Below, one piece after another: positions 56,381-62,369 of a DNA stretch of 64,000 nucleotides. The DNA is from Nanobdellota archaeon (GTDB lineage: Archaea; Nanobdellota; Nanobdellia; Pacearchaeales; GW2011-AR1), in the NCBI GenBank assembly GCA_038044745.1, contig JBBSZK010000005.1:12841-76840 (forward strand), read 5' to 3'. The position numbers and the translations under genes were made by a program. Each line of letters starts with the position of its first letter. Position 1 is the first letter of the stretch. Under the pieces are notes generated by a model, which had not been told where the DNA came from, did not search any database, and worked only from the letters and a program-made list of their open reading frames with translations.

Positions 56381-57771
56381 GCAACCCTGCCCTTCTCATA
56401 TTCGGCGCGACAGGCGATTTAGCGAAAAGAAAATTGCTCCCTGCAGTATTTGCGCTCTACCGAAAAAAAAGACTCGTAAATACCCCCATAGTCGCCATCG
56501 GTAGACGGTCTATGACTAAAGAAGAATATCTCGAAGAAACAGGATTCAAGACATTAGAACAAAAACATAAACCAACCTATGACATTGTACGAAGCAACCT
56601 CACGTACCTTGCCGTCAATCTTGAAGAAAAACATCCTGCCTCGCTCGCATCGCACATAAAAGAAATCGACAAACAGTATAGGTGTAATGACGAACTTGTT
56701 TGCTACCTTGCCACAAGCCACACACTGTTCACAACTATACTGGCCCTCCTCAAACGAGCGCGTCTGTTAGACAAGAAAAAGACGCGTGTTGCTTTTGAGA
56801 AACCGTTCGGCACTAACAAAACATCAGCCGAACAGTTAGACCGAGCACTCCACACACAACTCCCCGAATCACAAATATACCGTGTTGATCACTATTTAGG
56901 AAAAAGTATCGTAAGCATGCTAGAAACAATTCGTTTCAATAATCCCCTGTTTGCTAACCTCTGGAAAGCCCCACTCATTGACCATGTACAGATCGTCGCA
57001 CTTGAAAACTTTGGTATTGAAGCTCGAGGACACTACTATGACGCCGAAGGAGCAACACGAGATATGGTGCAAAATCATCTTTTACAGTTAGTGGCGCTTA
57101 CCGCAATGGAACGCCCCAAGAGAGAAGAAGCTGAGTTTCTCCGAAACGAAAAAGTAAATATACTAAAAAAGTTGCGAATGGTAGCGCCAGAAGATATCGT
57201 GCGAGGACAGTACGAAAGTTATACGCAAGAGGAAAACGTGGCAAGAAATTCGCAAACAGAAACGTTCATCGCGTTTAAGACGTCAATCACAACACCTCGC
57301 TGGAAAAACATCCCTTTCTATATAAAAACAGGGAAAGCACTTGACAAGAAATATTCAGAAATCAATATTGTACTTAAGGCAAAAAAAGGAGAAACGCCCA
57401 ATGTTATCAGCATACGCATTGGACCTGACCAAGAAGGCATTGCGATACTCGCCTATACAAAGGAACTGGCTACACACAACACCCTTAGGCCCATTACGCT
57501 TGAATACTGTCATAAGTGCGAATTCGGCCCCAACACACCAGAAGCGTATGAAAGCATAGTGCACGATTTTATTGAAGGCGATAAGACAATTTTTACACGG
57601 AGCGACGAACTTCTCACAAGTTGGAAGTTCACCGACAATCTCATCAAAAACCTTCAAAAAACTCCGCTCCACGTGTATAAACCGGGCTCACGCGGTCCCC
57701 TTGAAGCAGATAGATTATTAAATAAAAAAGGACACGCATGGACCTATTTCGAGAGGAAAATAACAATATGA
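56377..57771 (+). CDS. zwf: glucose-6-phosphate 1-dehydrogenase
   Basis: IFGATGDLAKRKLLPA, RVDHYLGK and HLLQLVALTAME. The start overlaps the pgl stop (ATGA). Confidence 0.9.
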   Translation: MSNPALLIFGATGDLAKRKLLPAVFALYRKKRLVNTPIVAIGRRSMTKEEYLEETGFKTLEQKHKPTYDIVRSNLTYLAVNLEEKHPASLASHIKEIDKQYRCNDELVCYLATSHTLFTTILALLKRARLLDKKKTRVAFEKPFGTNKTSAEQLDRALHTQLPESQIYRVDHYLGKSIVSMLETIRFNNPLFANLWKAPLIDHVQIVALENFGIEARGHYYDAEGATRDMVQNHLLQLVALTAMERPKREEAEFLRNEKVNILKKLRMVAPEDIVRGQYESYTQEENVARNSQTETFIAFKTSITTPRWKNIPFYIKTGKALDKKYSEINIVLKAKKGETPNVISIRIGPDQEGIAILAYTKELATHNTLRPITLEYCHKCEFGPNTPEAYESIVHDFIEGDKTIFTRSDELLTSWKFTDNLIKNLQKTPLHVYKPGSRGPLEADRLLNKKGHAWTYFERKITI

Positions 57772-58100
57772 CGTCAGTAAAAATAGTTGTTTTTGTACCT
57801 CTAACACATACAAATAACATAAGAGAAGTTGCAGGAAAAGCTGGCGCAGGCGTAATCGGCAATTATAGTTACTGTAGTTTTTCAAGCAGGGGCAAAGGAA
57901 GATTCAAACCAAACGAAAAAGCAAAACCTCATATCGGCAATATAAATCAACTAGAAGAAGTCGAAGAAGAAAGAATAGAATTTACTTGTGCCAAGGAAAA
58001 AGCCAAACGAGTAATTGATGCAATAAAAAAAGCTCACCCCTATGAGGAAATTGCCTTAGATATATATGCGTTACTTACAGAGAAAGATTTAAATAAGTGA
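57768..58100 (+). CDS. NIF3-insert-like small protein (110 aa)
   Basis: KIVVFVP...AGAGVIGNYSYCSF...GKGRFKPNEKAKPHIG...EEERIEF...HPYEEIALDIY matches the PII-like domain found inserted in NIF3/YqfO proteins, as I recall it. It overlaps zwf via ATGA. Confidence 0.5.
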   Translation: MTSVKIVVFVPLTHTNNIREVAGKAGAGVIGNYSYCSFSSRGKGRFKPNEKAKPHIGNINQLEEVEEERIEFTCAKEKAKRVIDAIKKAHPYEEIALDIYALLTEKDLNK

Positions 58101-58116
58101 CCTCACTTAAAGTATC

Positions 58117-58344
58117 ATGACAAATATAACCCTCTCTATAGATGATAACGTCTACAAGAAAATGCGAAAATATTCGGAAATAAAGTGGAGCGAGTTTGTA
58201 CGAAAGATAATAGAACAGCGCCTCAATGAGTTAGAAAAGATTGAAAAAGAAGACGACGAAGGAGTTTTAACCATGTTGGCTTCAGAAAAAGTATTAAAAA
58301 AAGAGTGGGATAATGAATATGACGAACGATGGAATCACCTATAG
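58117..58344 (+). CDS. antitoxin-like small protein (RHH-type) paired with MazF
   Basis: ITLSIDDNVYKKMRKYSEIKWSEFVRKIIEQRL shows a strand-helix-helix pattern. Its position overlaps the toxin start. Confidence 0.6.
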   Translation: MTNITLSIDDNVYKKMRKYSEIKWSEFVRKIIEQRLNELEKIEKEDDEGVLTMLASEKVLKKEWDNEYDERWNHL

Positions 58345-58678
58345 CCAACGAGATATCGTGCTCATCCCCTTTCCGTACACCGATTTAACGGCTTCTAAAC
58401 TCCGTCCTGCATTAATCATGTCAAATAAAAGATTAGAGACTACGAACGATAGAATTTGTTGTCTCATAACCAGCAATCCTTCTCAAAAAGGAGGAATTTT
58501 AATAGAGAGAAAAAACCTTTTCAAAGGAGATTTAAAATATAAAAGTTGGGTGAAACCTTACAGAATATTCACAGTCGATATACGTATAATTAAAAAGAGG
58601 TTAGGAACAATAAGCATATCATGCTTCGATAGATTACTTAAGGAGATGTACTCCTATATGAATAAGGAAAAAGAATGA
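58313..58678 (+). CDS. mazF: PemK/MazF-family endoribonuclease toxin
   Basis: RDIVLIPFPYTDLTASKLRPALIMSN ... CCLITSN ... SWVKPYRIFTV fits the PemK layout. Confidence 0.8.
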   Translation: MNMTNDGITYSQRDIVLIPFPYTDLTASKLRPALIMSNKRLETTNDRICCLITSNPSQKGGILIERKNLFKGDLKYKSWVKPYRIFTVDIRIIKKRLGTISISCFDRLLKEMYSYMNKEKE

Positions 58679-59574
58679 AAATAGGATTCATAGGTCTCGG
58701 GCGCATGGGCAACGCAATGGTGCTCAATGCAATTGAAAGCGGGCACAGTATTGTGGGATACGATCGCAATCACGAGTCGGTTAAAGCACTCGAAAAAGAG
58801 GGCATGCATCCCGCGTTTTCTATAGAAGAGCTCATAAAGAAATTAAGTGACCAAAAACAGAAAGTAATCTGGCTTATGATTACCGCAGGAAAACCAGTTG
58901 ACGCGGTTATTGCTGAAGTCGCACCGCTTCTTTCAGAAGGAGATAGTATCATTGATGGAGGCAATTCATGGTACGAAGACTCCCAACGCCGTGCAAAAGA
59001 GCTCGGAAAACGAGGCATACACTTCGTTGATTGCGGTACCTCAGGCGGTGTTGATGGCGCACGACATGGCACTTGTATGCTCCTCGGAGGAAGCAAAGAA
59101 GCTGTAAAAACTGTAGCCCCGTTTGTACACGACCTCTGCGTTCGAGATGGATATGCGCATGTGGGCGCTTCGGGTGCAGGACACTTCGTAAAAATGGTGC
59201 ACAATGGAATTGAATACGGCATGATGGCTGCATTAGGAGAGGGATTCGGAGCACTCCAAAAACACGAAAAAGCATTCGGACTTGACCTCAAAGAGATTGC
59301 GAAAGCGTACGCGCATGGCTCAGTTATTGAAAGCAAGTTAGCATCGTGGGTACAATCGGGCATGAATCGTGCAGACTTTAAGGATATTAAAGGCATAGTG
59401 CCTCAAGGAGAAACTGAACACGAAATGGAAAAATTAGAAAAAATCTCAGACATGCCTATCCTCAAAGAAGCGCGTATGCAGAGAATAAAGTCACGAAAAA
59501 AACCCTCATTTTCAAGCAAGATTGTTGCCACCTTGCGAAACGAGTTTGGCGGCCACAAGATTAAAAAGAAATGA
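58675..59574 (+). CDS. gnd: 6-phosphogluconate dehydrogenase (decarboxylating), short about-300-aa form
   Basis: IGFIGLGRMGNAM, GGNSWYEDS, DCGTSGG and GAGHFVKMVHNGIEYGMM. It overlaps mazF via ATGA. Confidence 0.85.
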   Translation: MKIGFIGLGRMGNAMVLNAIESGHSIVGYDRNHESVKALEKEGMHPAFSIEELIKKLSDQKQKVIWLMITAGKPVDAVIAEVAPLLSEGDSIIDGGNSWYEDSQRRAKELGKRGIHFVDCGTSGGVDGARHGTCMLLGGSKEAVKTVAPFVHDLCVRDGYAHVGASGAGHFVKMVHNGIEYGMMAALGEGFGALQKHEKAFGLDLKEIAKAYAHGSVIESKLASWVQSGMNRADFKDIKGIVPQGETEHEMEKLEKISDMPILKEARMQRIKSRKKPSFSSKIVATLRNEFGGHKIKKK

Positions 59575-59635
59575 ATTGTCTAAGAAAACCGCAAGATACA
59601 AATAAAGGAAAGTATGAAAGGATAGGACAGGTTAT

Positions 59636-60211
59636 ATGAAACCGATATATATCGTTGAACACCTTGAACCGGAGCTCTGGCCGTGGTGCCTCATAGAATA
59701 CGAATCCCTCTCAAAGGCCGTAGGAAAAGACGTCTGGTTCACCCATGTACAAAAAAAAGATGTGAGAAAACTTTCCATTTATGGAAAAGTGTTTACACAA
59801 TCCGTACAAAAATTAGACCTTGATTTGCGAAAGACTTGCGTGCTTGAACCTTTTGCGCCCAGAACGCTCGAAACTAAAGAAGCAAAAGAATTCGATTATT
59901 ACATATTCGGAGGCATTCTCGGAGACGAAAAACTAAACGGACGCACCGAAAAAGAGTTAACACGATTTCTAAAAAAAGCAGACAAAAGAAACATCGGAAA
60001 AGAGCAATTTAGCACAGATAACGCAGTTTACGTAACAAATCAGATAGTACAAGGTATCCCTCTAAAAAAACAAACCTTCCAAGATGCACTGGAAATACAA
60101 TTTAACCGCATCGAATCGGTTATACTGCCCTATCGCTACCCTCTTGTCGACGGAAAACCTCGCATAAGCAAAAAACTTATTGCCTATTTAAAGAAAAAAG
60201 AAACATTTTAA
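59636..60211 (+). CDS. Sfm1-like SPOUT methyltransferase
   Basis: It aligns by eye with yeast Sfm1: IVEHLEPELWPWCLIEY vs IIEHMEEGFSEWVILEY, FDYYIFGGILGD vs FDYFVFGGILGD, and LPYRYPLVDGKP vs MPFRYVLDKEGKP. Confidence 0.75.
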   Translation: MKPIYIVEHLEPELWPWCLIEYESLSKAVGKDVWFTHVQKKDVRKLSIYGKVFTQSVQKLDLDLRKTCVLEPFAPRTLETKEAKEFDYYIFGGILGDEKLNGRTEKELTRFLKKADKRNIGKEQFSTDNAVYVTNQIVQGIPLKKQTFQDALEIQFNRIESVILPYRYPLVDGKPRISKKLIAYLKKKETF

Positions 60212-60550
60212 AGAAAAGAAAGAAAAACTATCGTCGACAAAAAGAAAAGAACCCTACACATTTATAAATGTTCAAAAAGTGAAAGGAGTATTAAAAGGGT
60301 ATTTTTAATCAAAACGTGTGTGTCAGGCCCTGCGTCGAAACAGACCTGCACACACGGCCCCATACCAAAGTATAAAGCAAAATACGTATGTAGTGCGAAC
60401 TTAAATACATTTCTAAACAAAAATTTATAAAAAAACCGTAAAAAGACGATTCTATCGACGGAAAAAACAAATCTTTAAATAGGGATAAAACAAAAAATCA
60501 GTCTATAAAAAAGTAAAAAGAGGAACGGAGCTCTAAGAAATAATCAATAA

Positions 60551-60590
60551 CGCGTTAGCGGGCACTTATCAACAAACACCCGCTAACGCG
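60551..60590. repeat. perfect 12-bp inverted repeat (hairpin, 16-nt loop)
   Basis: CGCGTTAGCGGG ... CCCGCTAACGCG within the long non-coding stretch. Confidence 0.8.
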
Positions 60591-60926
60591 CCCTTATACC
60601 GAAGTACAAGTTGCACAACAAACGTAGCGCAAGCTTAAATAGATTTCCTCGACGAAAACGCATCGAGGAAAAAGTAACAAAGAAAACAAAGAAGAACGTA
60701 TTCGCACGACTTTTCGCGGTAATACTCCTCATTTTCCTCTTATATCGAGGTTCTAACTGGATTTCACGGACAATCGGCTATGCAATCTTAAAATTGCTTA
60801 AAATGAGTACGCTCGTGCTCACAGAATTATAGGAAATTGAAAGAAGAAACAATCTATTTCGGCACACGCGCTTCTTGCGAAACGCGGATGAAAAAAAGCA
60901 AAGCGTTCGATATCTTCGTCTCAGGA

Positions 60927-60987
60927 TGCGAGTGGCAGGAATCGAACCTGCATATCTTCTTTGAAACGTACGCCCAGACCACGCACG
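60927..60987 (-). pseudogene. tRNA-Ser-like 3' fragment (anticodon-stem remnant, variable arm, T arm, acceptor 3' strand)
   Basis: The minus strand reads CGTGC...GTACG TTTCAAAGAAGATAT GCAGG-TTCGATT-CCTGC CACTCGC A. It shares a 20-nt identical core, TGGCAGGAATCGAACCTGCA, with tRNA-Ser at 62256-62275. No matching 5' acceptor strand (GCGAGTG) or D arm lies upstream. Confidence 0.6.
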
Positions 60988-61051
60988 AGAACAAAGTGTC
61001 CCAATTTTGATGTATTTATGATTTAGAACAATAACTAAGAACCAAACAACT

Positions 61052-61072
61052 ACAGAACGCGTAGCGTTCTGT
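61052..61072. repeat. perfect 9-bp stem / 3-nt loop hairpin followed by a T-rich run
   Basis: ACAGAACGC GTA GCGTTCTGT, then ATCTTTCTGCATATTTATTCTTTTC. Confidence 0.7.
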
Positions 61073-61121
61073 ATCTTTCTGCATATTTATTCTTTTCTAA
61101 TCATAAATACAAGGAGAGATA

Positions 61122-61225
61122 ATAGGTGTCTACACAGATAAGATAAATCTATTTTGAGTAGACGTATAAATAAACGTTATAGGTGTCTACACATCAGCAA
61201 AATATATAAACTGTGTAGACGTATA
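61122..61225 (+). promoter_or_regulatory. two 47-bp operator-like units upstream of fic; the second brackets the TATA box
   Basis: ATAGGTGTCTACACA-N21-GTAGACGTATA occurs at 61122-61168 and again at 61179-61225. The arms are mutually inverted (GTCTACACA / TGTGTAGAC). AAAATATATAAA at 61199-61210 lies between the arms, about 29 nt from the ATG at 61232. Confidence 0.5.
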
Positions 61226-61231
61226 TCTAGT

Positions 61232-62134
61232 ATGGTGTTTACTGAAACAAAACAGAAAGGGGGCAAGAAATATTACTATCGCGTTAAGTCGGTGCGAAAA
61301 GGAAATAAAATTACGAGAGAACGTAAATATTTAGGAGTTAACCTAACTGAAAAGGAATTAAAGGAGCAAGAGAATAAAGCCGATCAAGAACTTGAAGTAC
61401 TGAGTCATTTACTTACGAAAGAAGAGCTAGATTTCCTTGAAACTGCCAAAAAATCTCGATTAAAACAACCTCAAGAAAATTGGGAAAATAGATATGAGGC
61501 ATTTGTCTCTAAATTTACTTACGACTCTAACGCTATAGAAGGAAATACGTTAACATTACAGGAAACTTCTCAATTATTGTTTGATAAAGTTGTACCTGTA
61601 TCCAAATCATTAAGGGAAGTTAATGAGGCCCTTAATCATAAAGAGGCATTTGATTATATGCTACATTATAAGGGAGATATTACAAAGAAGTTTATTTTGG
61701 GATTACATAAAAAAGTTGTTAAAGAAACACTCAAACCAGAACTCGTTTCACAGATTGGGAAATATCGAACTGTACGAGTTTATATCAGAGGAGTCGAATG
61801 GACACCCATAAAGCCTTCTGAAGTGCCTAATGAAATGAAATCTTTACTAGCTTGGTACTCTAGAGCTAAGAAGAAATTGCACCCATTAGTTGTTGCAGCT
61901 TATTTCCATGTTGGTTTTGAAACTGTCCACCCATTTGTAGATGGAAACGGAAGAGTTGGAAGACTACTCATGAATTATATTCTCCATAAGAACAAGTATC
62001 CTATGATTAATATTCCGAATGCAATTAAAGCCAGATACTATTCTGCCCTACACTCAGCGCAAGTAAAGGGAGATATGCGACCATTTGTAGAGCTTTTAAT
62101 AGATATTCTAAAAGATAATAAGGTTATTCTCTAA
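61232..62134 (+). CDS. Fic-domain protein (AMPylase family)
   Basis: Fic motif HPFVDGNGRVGRLL. The N-terminal GKKYYYRVKSVRKGNKITRERKYLG module is typical of archaeal Fic proteins as I recall. The track ORF from 61154 begins at a TTG inside the repeats, so I prefer the ATG at 61232. Confidence 0.85.
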   Translation: MVFTETKQKGGKKYYYRVKSVRKGNKITRERKYLGVNLTEKELKEQENKADQELEVLSHLLTKEELDFLETAKKSRLKQPQENWENRYEAFVSKFTYDSNAIEGNTLTLQETSQLLFDKVVPVSKSLREVNEALNHKEAFDYMLHYKGDITKKFILGLHKKVVKETLKPELVSQIGKYRTVRVYIRGVEWTPIKPSEVPNEMKSLLAWYSRAKKKLHPLVVAAYFHVGFETVHPFVDGNGRVGRLLMNYILHKNKYPMINIPNAIKARYYSALHSAQVKGDMRPFVELLIDILKDNKVIL

Positions 62135-62249
62135 GTCTATTGATATTTGAACATTAAATTGGGACAAAAAAAGGAGACGCCCGGACCAGGAACCGAAATG
62201 CAACCACCAGCAGGCCCTATGAGTCCTACAACCACTATTCCGACAAAGA

Positions 62250-62331
62250 CGCGGATGGCAGGAATCGAACCTGCAGATCCTTTCGGAAACGTGCTCTCCA
62301 AGCACGCGGGCGACCACTGCCCAACATCCGC
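62250..62331 (-). tRNA. tRNA-Ser (anticodon GGA)
   Basis: Hand-folded 82 nt: acceptor GCGGATG/CATCCGC, D arm GGGC-AGTGGTC-GCCC, anticodon arm CGTGC-TTGGAGA-GCACG, a long variable arm, and T arm GCAGG-TTCGATT-CCTGC. No CCA is encoded. Confidence 0.9.
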
Positions 62332-62369
62332 ATCAGAAAGAAGAGAAAAAACGATATATAAAGTAAGCG

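Noticed and set aside
60611-60832. 73-aa ORF in the long non-coding stretch.
   Set aside because: It starts at a TTG, has no TATA or SD context, and is a Lys/Arg-rich translation of A-rich DNA with one hydrophobic run. It is not supportable without conservation data.
60927-60987. Possibility that the tRNA-Ser-like sequence is an intact tRNA with an intron, or one half of a split tRNA.
   Set aside because: Hand folding finds no 5' acceptor strand (GCGAGTG) or D arm in the upstream 100 nt. The would-be anticodon stem encloses an 11-nt loop with no bulge-helix-bulge motif. I therefore treat it as a fragment. A distant 5' half cannot be excluded without a search.
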